A stretch of DNA of 64,000 nt from Pseudomonadota bacterium (GTDB lineage Bacteria > Myxococcota > JACRCW01 > JAFGSX01): contig JBDRCO010000134.1 in NCBI GenBank assembly GCA_043821645.1, forward strand, positions 1 through 64,000, read 5' to 3'. The notes under the pieces are model-generated. The model was not told the origin of the DNA, made no database searches, and saw only the letters and a list, made by a program, of their open reading frames with translations. The translations under genes and the position numbers were made by a program. Position 1 is the stretch's first letter. Each line of letters opens with the position of its first letter. Positions 37,834 through 47,784 of the stretch are shown here, piece after piece.

Positions 37834-39465
37834 CTAGGCGCGCGCGCGCGCCAGCTTGAGCTTGTTCTTTGCCATCGTCCCCAGCTTCTTGCGACCGGCC
37901 TGCTTGACCACCTGGGCAAGCAGTTCCTCGCCCCAGGGGCTGTCCTGCTCCACGAAGTGGAAGCCCAGGTAGTACAGCTGCTCGAGTCCCACGCTTTTGT
38001 CCTTGCGCAGGGCGCTGCCGAGATCGAAATCCCGAAGCGCGAGCTGGTTGAACAGGCGCAGGGCCTCGTCGTCTTGGCGCGCCGTCGGGTGGGTGTCGAG
38101 CTTGCTGTGGCCGAGCTCCAGCACCGCCAGGGCCAGTCTGTCCTCGTCGCTGGCGCAGTTGTCGTGACACAGCGCCCGTAGAACCTGTTGTGCCAGGTCG
38201 AGCTTCTTGGCCTTGCGCAGGGCCTTGGCCAGGTCGCGTAGAGCCTGCCCGGTCTTGTCCGCGTCAACGGTGCGCACCAGATCCAGTGCTGCCTTCCAGC
38301 CTCCAGCGCCCTCGCGCAGCCGCGCAATGGCAGCGTCGAGCAGTTTCTGGCGTTGCGCGGGGGTGAGCTTCTCGAGGTGATGCCGCAGCACGCCGCGGAT
38401 CATCCACATGCGATCCGTGTCGTCGATGGCGAGCAGGATCTTGACCAGCTCGGGCACGGCGTCGGGTCGCTTCTCGAGCAGGCTGGCCACCAGGGACGCG
38501 CGCCCCTCGTCGGCGTCGCCGATCACGTGTGCCAGCACCTTCGCGGTGTGGGGGTCGATCTGGCGCGCCAGTTGCTCGAGGGCAAAGCGCGCGCGCTCCA
38601 GGTCGCGGTGGCGGGCAATCTTCTCGAGCAGGGGGGCGCGCTCCGCGGGGAGCTCGATGCCCCCCAGGGTCATCAGCGCGGTCTGGGCAAGCTGCCGGTC
38701 CGGGGCCAGGGCCGCGTCCGCCAGGACCTCCACCACTCGACCCAGGTCCTGCTTCGCCGTGACAGCGAAGCGCAGCCCGATCACCGCTTCCTGCCGAGCC
38801 GAGGGTGGTGCCTCGCGATTGCCGGCAAATTCCAGCAATGTCGCGGTGGCCCGGGGGTCCTCGATCTGGCCCAGGATGCGCAGGGTCGCCGCCAGGGGCA
38901 CAGCCGGAAGGGGACTGAGCTTGCTCAGCTTCTTGATGAAGCTCTCGGCTTGCTTGAGGTACTGGGTGCGCTCGGGTCGCGAGGCGTCCTTGATCTGCTG
39001 CCGCAGCTCGCGCGTCGCCGATCGGGCCACCTCCTCGCTCGCGTTCTCGAGGCTGGCCAGCAAGGCTCCAAAGGCGGCCTTGCCTCCCACCTGGGCCAAG
39101 ATCGCGTCCAGGGCGCGGCGCTCGTCGGTACCCGCCTCGGCAGCGCGCTTCTCCAGCTCGCCCACCACGCTCTCCCCGAAGGAGGTGATGGTGGCGATGG
39201 CCGCCTCGCGCAGACTGGCGTCACGCTCTCCCAGGAGCTGCGCCAGCCGGGGGAGGGCCTTGCGTGCGCCGAGGCGCCCCAGGGTTTGCACGGCGAGCAG
39301 CCGCACACGAGGACTCTCGTCGTCCAGACGGCGGACCAAGGCCTCGACACAGGCCGTGCTCTTGATCTCGAGCTCGCCCAGCACGACGATGGCAGCGGTG
39401 CGCTTCTCGTCTTCCGGGTCACCGAGCAACGCGATGATGCGATCGACAGGATCCTTGCTGGCCAT
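37834..39465 (-). CDS. HEAT repeat protein
   Basis: Repeated L.D....VR..A...LG motifs. Confidence 0.85.
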   Translation of the reverse strand: MASKDPVDRIIALLGDPEDEKRTAAIVVLGELEIKSTACVEALVRRLDDESPRVRLLAVQTLGRLGARKALPRLAQLLGERDASLREAAIATITSFGESVVGELEKRAAEAGTDERRALDAILAQVGGKAAFGALLASLENASEEVARSATRELRQQIKDASRPERTQYLKQAESFIKKLSKLSPLPAVPLAATLRILGQIEDPRATATLLEFAGNREAPPSARQEAVIGLRFAVTAKQDLGRVVEVLADAALAPDRQLAQTALMTLGGIELPAERAPLLEKIARHRDLERARFALEQLARQIDPHTAKVLAHVIGDADEGRASLVASLLEKRPDAVPELVKILLAIDDTDRMWMIRGVLRHHLEKLTPAQRQKLLDAAIARLREGAGGWKAALDLVRTVDADKTGQALRDLAKALRKAKKLDLAQQVLRALCHDNCASDEDRLALAVLELGHSKLDTHPTARQDDEALRLFNQLALRDFDLGSALRKDKSVGLEQLYYLGFHFVEQDSPWGEELLAQVVKQAGRKKLGTMAKNKLKLARARA

Positions 39466-39575
39466 GGTGCCCTCCCGGGGTCTCGAATTATTGTCGGCCG
39501 AGCCAGGCGCTGCCTAGACCCATTCGTGCGCGCAGGGGCCTCGACCGCCAGAGGCGGACCTGACAGGCTTGTGTT

Positions 39576-41726
39576 GTGACCGAGCCACTGATGTTTTTTG
39601 CCACCTGCCCCCGCGGCCTCGCCGGCTTGCTCGGCGACGAGCTGCGTGCGCTGGGGGCGCTCTCGGTGCGCGTCCGGCCCGCCGGCGTGGATTTCGACGG
39701 CGAGATGGAGCTCGGCTATCGCGCCTGTCTCTGGTCGCGCCTGGCGAGCCGCATTTTGCTGCGCATCGGACAGTTCGAGAGCCCTGACGAGGATGCGCTG
39801 TACGCTGCCACGCGGGCGGTGGACTGGAGCGGGCACCTCGCACCGGGGCGCAGCTTTGCCGTCGATGTCACGGCGACGCGTGCTCCCTACCGCAATACCC
39901 ACTTCGTGGCGCTGCGGGTCAAGGACGCCGTGGTGGATGCGCTGCGCGAGCTGCGCGGCGAACGCCCGGATGTGGATACGCACGAGCCCGACCTGCGTCT
40001 GCACCTGCACCAGCACAGCACCCTGGCTGCGCTCTACGTGGATCTGTCCGGCGACAGCCTGCACCGGAGAGGCTACCGGGCCCAGGCGGGAGAAGCGCCA
40101 CTCAAAGAGAACGTGGCGGCCGCTCTTCTCGTGCGCGCAGGCTGGCCACGCCTGGCCAGGGAGGGCGCGCCGCTCGTCGACCCCATGTGCGGCTCCGGGA
40201 CTTTTCTGATCGAGGCGGCGCTGATGGCCGCCGATGCCGCACCTGGTCTGCTGCGCCCACGCTTCGGTTTCGAGGGCTGGACCCGGCACGACAGCGCGCT
40301 GTGGGACAGGCTGCGCACCGAGGCCGAGGCGCGTCGTGACCTCGAGCGCCTCCCGACCCTGGCTGGCAGCGACCACGACGCACGAGCCATCGAGGCGGCA
40401 GCCGAGGGCCTGCACCGCGCCGGGCTCGACGGGCGCATCGCACTGCACTGCTGCGACCTCGCCGAGGCCCCGGGATATTCGCTCGAGCCGCTGGCACGGC
40501 CCGGCCTGGTCCTGGTCAATCCGCCCTACGGTGAGCGCATGGGTTCACGTCGCGAGGTTGAGGCTCTGTACCCGCGCCTGGGCCAGGTCCTGCGCGAGCG
40601 CTTCGCGGGCTGGAGCGCGGGGGTCCTCACCACGGACGATGCGCTGGCCTCCTTGCTGGGTCTGCGCCCGCGCCGTCGTCACGCCGTGGCAAACGGCGCC
40701 CTGGACTGCCAGTTTCTTGAATTCGATCTGCTCGCGGTCGAGGCGCGCCAGCAACGGGCTGAGCAGGCCGGACAGAAACGCCGCGACAGGGAGAGCGCCG
40801 CCCTGGAGAGCGCCTTTGCCCACCGTCTGAAGAAGAACCAGAAGAAGCTTGGACCCTGGGCCAGATCGCAGCGCCTCGAGGCCTACCGGCTGTATGACGC
40901 CGACATCCCGGAGTACGCCGTCGCCGTGGATCGCTACGGCAACTGGCTGCACGTGCAGGAGTATGCCGCGCCGGCCACCGTCGACGAGGTGGCAGCGCGT
41001 CGCCGACTCGACGAGATCCTGGCTGCGGTTCCGGCGGTCTGTGGCGTCGAGCCCGGGCACATGGTGCTCAAGCGGCGTGAACGCCAGCGCGGACCGCGCC
41101 AGTATCAGAAGCTGGGGGAGGGCGGGGAGAGCATGGTGGTGCGGGAGCGCGACCTGCGCTTCGAGATCAATCTGTCCGACCACCTGGACAGTGGCCTGTT
41201 CCTCGACGGACGCGAGCTTCGTGCGCTGGTGGGTTCCCTGGCTCGAGACCAGCGCGTGCTCAACCTCTTCGCCTACACCGGCAGCGCCACCGTGGCCGCC
41301 GCGGTGGGGGGCGCCCGGAGCAGCACCAGCGTCGATCTGTCACGCACCTACCTGGACTGGGCCCAGCGCAACCTGGACCTCAATGGCCACGGGCGGGGTC
41401 CGCATCGCCTGCAGCAGGCCGACTGCCTGAGCTGGCTGTCGCAGGCGCGTGAGCAGTACGACTTGATCTACCTCGACCCGCCGACCTTCTCGACGTCCAA
41501 GCGCATGGCGGACACCCTCGACGTGCAGCGCGACCACGTGGACCTCATCCGCAAGGCCCTGCGCCTGCTGGCACCCCAGGGTCAGCTGATCTTCGTGTGC
41601 AATGCCCGCCGCTTCAAGCTGGACACCGCGTCTCTGGATGACGTGAGCATCGAGGAATGGACCGCGCGCACCGTGCCTCGCGACTTTAGACGACGGCCGC
41701 ACCGCAGCTGGCGGATCACCCGCTGA
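39576..41726 (+). CDS. rlmKL: Bifunctional 23S rRNA m2G2445/m7G2069 methyltransferase
   Basis: THUMP, SLHRRGYR, DPMCGSGT, NPPYG, YRLYDADIPEY, LNLFAYTG, DPPTF. Confidence 0.96.
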   Translation: MTEPLMFFATCPRGLAGLLGDELRALGALSVRVRPAGVDFDGEMELGYRACLWSRLASRILLRIGQFESPDEDALYAATRAVDWSGHLAPGRSFAVDVTATRAPYRNTHFVALRVKDAVVDALRELRGERPDVDTHEPDLRLHLHQHSTLAALYVDLSGDSLHRRGYRAQAGEAPLKENVAAALLVRAGWPRLAREGAPLVDPMCGSGTFLIEAALMAADAAPGLLRPRFGFEGWTRHDSALWDRLRTEAEARRDLERLPTLAGSDHDARAIEAAAEGLHRAGLDGRIALHCCDLAEAPGYSLEPLARPGLVLVNPPYGERMGSRREVEALYPRLGQVLRERFAGWSAGVLTTDDALASLLGLRPRRRHAVANGALDCQFLEFDLLAVEARQQRAEQAGQKRRDRESAALESAFAHRLKKNQKKLGPWARSQRLEAYRLYDADIPEYAVAVDRYGNWLHVQEYAAPATVDEVAARRRLDEILAAVPAVCGVEPGHMVLKRRERQRGPRQYQKLGEGGESMVVRERDLRFEINLSDHLDSGLFLDGRELRALVGSLARDQRVLNLFAYTGSATVAAAVGGARSSTSVDLSRTYLDWAQRNLDLNGHGRGPHRLQQADCLSWLSQAREQYDLIYLDPPTFSTSKRMADTLDVQRDHVDLIRKALRLLAPQGQLIFVCNARRFKLDTASLDDVSIEEWTARTVPRDFRRRPHRSWRITR

Positions 41727-42183
41727 GCGTGGTTCCCGCGCGCTTGCGCCGCACGTAGAGCTGCTTGCGCACGCGGGCCACCTCGGCTCCGTCGTCGTCG
41801 CGCACCGTCACGTCGAACCAGGGAAGATACTTCTGTCCATCGGCCGTGTGTCGCCGCATGTCCTCGATGGCATCCTCGCCGATCTCGAACAGCGCGTGCA
41901 CCGAGCCACGCCCGGGCGCCACGAACTCTATCTGCGCGGCCTTGTCCCACACCACGTAGTCCCGTCCCAGGTTCTGCAACGCCATGATCATGAAGAAGGG
42001 ATCCGTCATCGCGTACAGACTGCCGCCAAACTGCGTGCGCACGTAGTTCCGGTTGTACCAGCGCAGCCGCATGTGCACCCGGATGCGTCGCCAGTCCGGC
42101 GCAATCTCGTCGACATGGATACCCGCGCCCAGGTAGGGGGGGTAGATGTTGAAGACCACTCGAAGCAGCCGGGGGTCTGTCAT
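41716..42183 (-). CDS. DUF4442/YiiD-type hotdog-fold thioesterase
   Basis: NIYPPYLGAGI, NRNYVRTQFGGSLYAMTDPF, VWDK. Confidence 0.9.
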   Translation of the reverse strand: MTDPRLLRVVFNIYPPYLGAGIHVDEIAPDWRRIRVHMRLRWYNRNYVRTQFGGSLYAMTDPFFMIMALQNLGRDYVVWDKAAQIEFVAPGRGSVHALFEIGEDAIEDMRRHTADGQKYLPWFDVTVRDDDGAEVARVRKQLYVRRKRAGTTLSG

Positions 42184-42284
42184 GTCCGGCTCCGTGTAGC
42201 CTCTGCGGGCTGGATGCGGTGAAGGGACGCGGCCCCGCTCGCAGCCGTTCTTTTCCCGGATGCCACCTTTCCAGGAACCCTTGC

Positions 42285-42833
42285 TCAGGTCAGCTTGCGG
42301 GCGTCGGCGAGCAACTGCTTGATGGACGACAGCTTGTTGGTGAGCTGAAACAGCCTGGCCTCTCCGCCACCAAGCTGCGCGGCGTTGGTGAACTCCGTCA
42401 AGGCCTTCTGAACCTTTTTGTCCCACGCGGCCAGGTCCTTGGCCTCGTCGGCGACGCGCTGCATCAGGCGTGTGTGGCCGCGCTCAACCTCGTCGATGAC
42501 AGCGCGATCCAGGCGTCGCTTGATCTCGACCACGTCAAAGATCTTCTTGAACAGCGCATTGGCGTCGGCCATGTCCTCGGGCTTGACCTCGGGCTCGGGC
42601 GCCTTGGGCTTCTTGACCTCTGCCGCCTCCCCGTCGGCCTTGGCCACTTTTTTGGGAGCGGCCTTGGTCTCACCCTTGGGCGCGGCGGGCTCCGTCTTCT
42701 CCGCGGCGGCCTTTGCTTCATCTTCTGTCTTGGCCGGCTCCACCTTTTCTTCGGCAGTCCTGGCTCCAGCGGGGCTGTCCTGGTCCGTTCCTGCGGTCGC
42801 GCTCACTGCCTTGGGTTCGGTCTCGTTGCTCAT
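42285..42833 (-). CDS. Hypothetical protein (Ala/Lys/Glu/Pro-rich N-terminus, helical C-terminus)
   Basis: AAGGAG RBS, GC3-rich ORF. Confidence 0.7.
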   Translation of the reverse strand: MSNETEPKAVSATAGTDQDSPAGARTAEEKVEPAKTEDEAKAAAEKTEPAAPKGETKAAPKKVAKADGEAAEVKKPKAPEPEVKPEDMADANALFKKIFDVVEIKRRLDRAVIDEVERGHTRLMQRVADEAKDLAAWDKKVQKALTEFTNAAQLGGGEARLFQLTNKLSSIKQLLADARKLT

Positions 42834-42918
42834 GGACAGCTCCTTGCCAGGTTTGCCCGTTGTTCTTGCCGTGAAGCGCACACGCTGGCAAGTGTGGTGC
42901 TCGGCGATCGCCCTGTGC

Positions 42919-42946
42919 TTGACACGGCGACCGGCGCGGGTAGGTT
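42919..42946 (+). promoter_or_regulatory. Sigma70-type promoter for the TonB-dependent receptor
   Basis: TTGACA-N16-TAGGTT. Confidence 0.5.
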
Positions 42947-42999
42947 ACACGCGCTCCAGTGTGAATTGCACGCAAGGACCCCAACGCCACGGCGAGAAC

Positions 43000-45930
43000 A
43001 TGCCACGTTTCCTCACGATCTTGCTCGCGCTGCTGCTCGCGATCCCGGTCTGGGCCCAGCTCGAACCGCAACCGGGAGAGCGCGAGCTGCAGCAGATCCA
43101 GACGGCCCCCAAGCTGGTCGCGGCGCCCACCGTGGTCAAGGAGGTCCAGCCTGAATTTCCCGAGGAGGAGAAGCAGGCCGGCCGCAGCGGTGCCGTGGTG
43201 CTGCGCCTCACCGTCGACGACAGGGGCTTGGTGGACAGGGTGGAGGTGCTCGAGAGCGCAGGACCCTTCTTTGACTGGTCCGCCTTGGGCGCGGGCACAC
43301 AGCTCATCCTGAGTCCGGCGCTGTTCGTCCTGCAACCGATCGAGGGCGACACCTGGCCCCTGTGCGAGGAACTCGACGACGAGCAACTGGACCAGGGCGC
43401 GAAGTGCGCCGAGAGCTTCAGCGCCCCGGTGCAGCTCGACTACCGCATGAACTTCGAGCTGATGGCGCCGCCGGAGCCACCGCCCGAGCGGCCCAAGCCA
43501 CAGACCGGCCGCATCGTGGGTATCGTGCGCGAAGCGGGCAGCAAGCGCCCCCTCGAAGGTGTCGAGGTGGTCATCGACGTGCAGGGGACCGTGGACGAGG
43601 CCTTCACGCCGGAGGACCTGGCCGCCCTGAGCGCCCTCACCGACAAGGACGGCGTGTTTCGCATCGAGGATGTGCCCGTGGGCACGCACAAGGTGCGCCT
43701 GGCCCTGTCCAGCTACGAGCCCGCCGACGAAGAGGAGACCTTCTCCGGTGACGTCGAGAACCAGGTCATCTACTACCTGGTGGCGCGCTCCTACAGCAAG
43801 TTCACCACGGTGGTCAGGGTCAAGCGGCCCGCCAAGGAAGTGACCAAGGTCGCCCTGCAGCGCGAGGAGGTGACCAAGGTGCCGGGCACCTTCGGCGATC
43901 CTTTGCGCGTCATCGAGAACCTTCCCGGGCTGGCGCGCTCGGGCGTCATCGGTGGCGCATTGCTGGTGCGCGGCGCCAATGCCGAGGACTCCGCCGTCTA
44001 CTTCGACTCGGTCGAGATCCCGGTGCTGTACCACTTCGGCGGGCTGACCTCGGTCATCAACGCCGAGTTCCTCGAGGACATCAACTTCTACCCGGGTGGC
44101 TTTGGCGCCCGCTATGGACGTGCCACCGCCGGCATCGTCGACGTGGACAGCCGCGAGCTTGGCATGGAGACCTTTCGCGGCACCGGTGAGGTGGACCTGC
44201 TGGACTCGGGCTTCTTCTTTGCCGGGCCCATCGACATCGGGGCCGTCGTCGGCATGGAGCCGGCACCGCCCGGACCCTCGCCGCAGAAGATCACCTTCGC
44301 CGCCGCGGCGCGCCGCAGCTACATCGACGCCCTGCTGCCCTTCGTCATCGAGACCGTCCTGCCCCAGGACCAGGCCGTGCTCACGGCCTCGCCCATCTAC
44401 TGGGACTACCAGACCAAGGTCGAGTACCGACCCCACGTGGATCACCGGGCCTCGATCATGGCCTTCGGCTCGGACGACAACCTCAAGATCATCGCCCGCG
44501 GAGGCGCCGAGGACGCGGCCCAGGCCTTCAACCTGGCCTTGCACAACCAGTTCCACCGGCTGGTGGGCCGCTACGACGTGCAGCTGGGGCCACGCCTCAA
44601 GAACCAGCTGATCATGTCGGGTGGCTACACCGGCGTCGAGATCGGCGCTGACGCCAACGCGGCGCTGGCCGCCGGCGGCGTCATCGACGTGTGGTCCGCG
44701 GCGCTGCGCGACGAGCTGACCTACAACCCGCTGCAGGGCGTCGAGCTGGTGGCGGGCCTGGACATGGGCTACGGCGCCTACGCGATCAACTTCAACATCC
44801 CCTTCTCGCCCACGGTCAACACCTACCCGCGCCTGCTGCCCAACCTCCAGGGCAGCACCAGCATCACCGAGGAGGGTTCGCAGACTCTGCCCGGCTGGTA
44901 TGTGGAGGCCAGGCTCGGGCCGCTGGCGGGTCTGACCCTGATCCCGGGCTACCGCTTCGACATGTACCTGTTCAACGACCAGCAGCGCTTCTCCACCGAG
45001 CCGCGCCTGACCGCGCGCTGGCAGGTGGCCAAGGACACCACGCTCAAGGCCGCCTTCGGCGTGTACGAGCAGCTGCCGCAGCCCTTCCAGTTGGGCGAAG
45101 ACTACGGCAACCCCTTGCTCACGCTGCCGCGCGCCCTGCATTACATCGTGGGCTACGAGCACAAGCTGACCGAGGCCCTCAACATCTCGCTCGAGCTGTA
45201 TTTCAACGATCGCGACCGGCAGGTGACCTCGTCGGACAAGATCACGGTGACCGGCGATGGCGGCATCGACCTCGAGTTCTACAACAACAAGGGCATCGGC
45301 CGCTCTTACGGCGCCGAGGTGCTGTTGCGCCACGAGCTGAGCCGCGACTTCTACGGCTGGGTCGCCTACACCCTGGCGCGCTCCGAGGAGCGCGACCTCA
45401 ACGTGGCGCAGGCGGCGGACGGCAGCTACGAGATCGACAAGATCGCGCCCTGGATCATCACCGGCACCGACCAGACCCACATCCTGACCGTGGTCGGCCA
45501 GTACCGGCCCACCATCCCCGACGTGCCGAGCTGGGCCTTCGGCCTGGGTGGCGGCACCTCGCCCGACTGGCTGCGCGACGCCTGGCGCGTGGTGGCCAAG
45601 GACTGGTCAGTGGGCGGGCGCTTCCGCCTGGTCACCGGTGACCCCATGACCCCGGTGCGCTTTGCCCAGCACGACCTGGACCAGGACGGCTGGGACGCGG
45701 TGCGCGGGGCCGCGCGCTCGGATCGCATGCCAACCTTCAACCAGCTGGACGTGCGCTTGGACCGCAAGGTGGTCTTTGACAACTTCGTGCTCAACTTCTA
45801 CCTGGACCTGCTCAACGCCTACAACATGGCCAACGTCGAGAGCATCATCAGCGACTACCGCTACCGCAAGCAGGTCCCACTGACGGGCCTGCCCATCATC
45901 CCCGTCGTGGGCGTGCAGGGGGAGTTCTGA
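43000..45930 (+). CDS. TonB-dependent receptor with N-terminal TonB-C and carboxypeptidase-regulatory-like domains
   Basis: Signal peptide, PEFPE..G.V.LRLTVD, PGTFGDPLRVIENLPG, YHFGG, YPGGFGARYG, terminal GVQGEF. Confidence 0.9.
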   Translation: MPRFLTILLALLLAIPVWAQLEPQPGERELQQIQTAPKLVAAPTVVKEVQPEFPEEEKQAGRSGAVVLRLTVDDRGLVDRVEVLESAGPFFDWSALGAGTQLILSPALFVLQPIEGDTWPLCEELDDEQLDQGAKCAESFSAPVQLDYRMNFELMAPPEPPPERPKPQTGRIVGIVREAGSKRPLEGVEVVIDVQGTVDEAFTPEDLAALSALTDKDGVFRIEDVPVGTHKVRLALSSYEPADEEETFSGDVENQVIYYLVARSYSKFTTVVRVKRPAKEVTKVALQREEVTKVPGTFGDPLRVIENLPGLARSGVIGGALLVRGANAEDSAVYFDSVEIPVLYHFGGLTSVINAEFLEDINFYPGGFGARYGRATAGIVDVDSRELGMETFRGTGEVDLLDSGFFFAGPIDIGAVVGMEPAPPGPSPQKITFAAAARRSYIDALLPFVIETVLPQDQAVLTASPIYWDYQTKVEYRPHVDHRASIMAFGSDDNLKIIARGGAEDAAQAFNLALHNQFHRLVGRYDVQLGPRLKNQLIMSGGYTGVEIGADANAALAAGGVIDVWSAALRDELTYNPLQGVELVAGLDMGYGAYAINFNIPFSPTVNTYPRLLPNLQGSTSITEEGSQTLPGWYVEARLGPLAGLTLIPGYRFDMYLFNDQQRFSTEPRLTARWQVAKDTTLKAAFGVYEQLPQPFQLGEDYGNPLLTLPRALHYIVGYEHKLTEALNISLELYFNDRDRQVTSSDKITVTGDGGIDLEFYNNKGIGRSYGAEVLLRHELSRDFYGWVAYTLARSEERDLNVAQAADGSYEIDKIAPWIITGTDQTHILTVVGQYRPTIPDVPSWAFGLGGGTSPDWLRDAWRVVAKDWSVGGRFRLVTGDPMTPVRFAQHDLDQDGWDAVRGAARSDRMPTFNQLDVRLDRKVVFDNFVLNFYLDLLNAYNMANVESIISDYRYRKQVPLTGLPIIPVVGVQGEF

Positions 45931-47099
45931 TGCGTACCACCCTTCTCCCGCTGCTGCTCGTGGTCAGCGCGGCCGCTGGCTGCATCGACCTGGACACCCA
46001 GTACGAACTCAAGGACTTGCGCATCCTGGCCATGCGGCTCGACCCGCCAGAGGTGCTGTACTCGCCCTTCCTGTCCCTGCCCGCAGATCAGCGCCCGCCC
46101 GCGGCGTTCCGGCCGCCGCCGCCCTTCCCACCGGCCGAGCAGGAGCTGACCGCCACGGTGCTGGCCGTGGACCCGCGCAGCGACGCGCCCGTCGAGTTCA
46201 CCAGCTTCGTCTGCCCGCTCGACAGCAACAACGACTGCCGCAACTACGTGGTGCCCGAGGATCTCGCCCGGACCGAGCGCGAGCCCGAGGCGCTGCAGCA
46301 AGCCCTGGCGCCGCTGGTGACCCGCCGCACGACGAGCGTGCCCACCACCGACGACGGCGGCACCCTGCAGGGCGAACTCGGGCGCTTCGCGTTCAGCGAG
46401 CGCGCCATCGAGTACATCCTGCCGCACGAGCCAAGCGGCGCGGCCTTCATCCTGCTGCAGCAGCTGGGGCGAATCGTGACCTACGCCGAGCGCGAGGGCA
46501 TCCGCGAGGTCGCGTTCCGGCGCATCCCCTTCGGTCCCTACCTCGACCTGAGCTTCCTGCCGCCCGACGTGCAGACTGCCTTCGAGGACTTCCTGGGCAT
46601 TGACGTGTGCACGGCGGAGCAGACCGCGGCCAGGGACCCGAGCTGCCTGTGGCAGGCCACGGCCAACCGCAACCCGGTCATCGAGGAGATGCGCATCTCG
46701 CGCGATACCACCATCAAACCCGTGTATGACGAGGCCGGGCTCGACAGCCGCGAGGTTGGCGAGGTCGTCAGCGGCCCCATCGCGCTGGCGCCGGGCGAGG
46801 AGATCCGGCTGTGGCCGGTGCTCGCCGCCGACGTGCGCGAGGCCTACCAGTCGCTCAACTTCGACCTCCAGACCTCGTCGCTGAACCTGCAGAACTACGT
46901 CGAGGACATGGCCATCAGCTGGTACGCGACGCGCGACTTCCCGGTGCCGCCCGTCACCGACCTCACCCTGTCCCTGGGTTACAGCGCGACCTACGTCTAC
47001 CCCGAGGTCGATCCCCCCGACGAGGTGCGCATCTATCTGGTCGTGCTCGACCAGCGCGGGGGGGTGGCCTGGCAGATGGTGGTGCTGACCCGGGGATGA
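45930..47099 (+). CDS. Lipoprotein partner of the TonB-dependent receptor
   Basis: AAGC lipobox, DLRILAMRLDPPE, NRNP, VVLDQRGG; translationally coupled to the receptor. Confidence 0.8.
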   Translation: MRTTLLPLLLVVSAAAGCIDLDTQYELKDLRILAMRLDPPEVLYSPFLSLPADQRPPAAFRPPPPFPPAEQELTATVLAVDPRSDAPVEFTSFVCPLDSNNDCRNYVVPEDLARTEREPEALQQALAPLVTRRTTSVPTTDDGGTLQGELGRFAFSERAIEYILPHEPSGAAFILLQQLGRIVTYAEREGIREVAFRRIPFGPYLDLSFLPPDVQTAFEDFLGIDVCTAEQTAARDPSCLWQATANRNPVIEEMRISRDTTIKPVYDEAGLDSREVGEVVSGPIALAPGEEIRLWPVLAADVREAYQSLNFDLQTSSLNLQNYVEDMAISWYATRDFPVPPVTDLTLSLGYSATYVYPEVDPPDEVRIYLVVLDQRGGVAWQMVVLTRG

Positions 47100-47190
47100 A
47101 TCCTGCCCGGGCTCTCCCCTGGGCCCTTGCGCTCGCCCCGGGCGACGATGATAGGGTCATGGCACCTCTCACGGCCTGGAGCGCCGCGCG

Positions 47191-47379
47191 ATGACCACGA
47201 CACCGCAGAACGTGCCTGTACTCGATACCGTGCCCGCGTGCCTCGCCGTCATCGAGGATCCAGCCCACGCGGAAGAACACGCGAGCGCGGTGGCTCAGGA
47301 CAGCGATCCCCTCGACGACCCTGCGCTGCACAGGCTGGCCAGCCTGACCCGGAACGAACTCAAGGCGCTGTTCAAGTAG
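47191..47379 (+). CDS. Possible small protein (62 aa)
   Basis: GGAG upstream, plausible codon usage; unverified. Confidence 0.35.
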   Translation: MTTTPQNVPVLDTVPACLAVIEDPAHAEEHASAVAQDSDPLDDPALHRLASLTRNELKALFK

Positions 47380-47562
47380 CCGAACACAGGTGCCGCTACC
47401 CTCCCATCGGGCACCGGGCTACAGCCCGGGAGGCGATCTGCGGACAGGTTGCGGGCGGGCAGGAATGGCGCTCAGCCCTCGGCGACCCCACCGCGCACCG
47501 AGACCAGCCCAGCCTCGATCCGGCGCAGCCTGAGGCGGGTCCCTGCCCGCACCGTTCGCCCC

Positions 47563-47593
47563 AAAAAAAACGCCAGGCGTGAAACCTGGCGTT
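47563..47593 (-). terminator. Rho-independent terminator after tRNA-Thr
   Basis: AACGCCAGG/CCTGGCGTT stem with a T run on the minus strand. Confidence 0.85.
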
Positions 47594-47599
47594 GTCCCG

Positions 47600-47675
47600 T
47601 GGAGCCGGCTGTCGGAATCGAACCGACCACCTGCTGATTACGAATCAGCTGCTCTACCGAATGAGCTAAGCCGGC
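47600..47675 (-). tRNA. tRNA-Thr(CGT)
   Basis: Reverse complement GCCGGCTTAGCTCA..CTGATTCGTAATCAG..GGTTCGATTCC..CCA, 76 nt. Confidence 0.96.
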
Positions 47676-47693
47676 ACAGTAAATCGGCGGGCA

Positions 47694-47722
47694 TACATAA
47701 AGGCGCACCCGGGCGATGTCAA
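47694..47722 (-). promoter_or_regulatory. Sigma70-type promoter for tRNA-Thr
   Basis: TTGACA-N17-TATGTA. Confidence 0.65.
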
Positions 47723-47784
47723 CGATCGTGCGTCCGGGGGTTCCTTGCTTGACCGCCCACCTGTGGCCCCAGGATGATCACGAC

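Noticed and set aside
44255-44264. Duplicate of the tRNA-Thr 3' end (TGGAGCCGGC) as an att site
   Set aside because: Only 10 bp, inside a CDS, and no integrase present; consistent with chance
47716-47784. Upstream ATG start for the RDD gene
   Set aside because: Overlaps the -35 box of the tRNA-Thr promoter; GTG 47785 preferred
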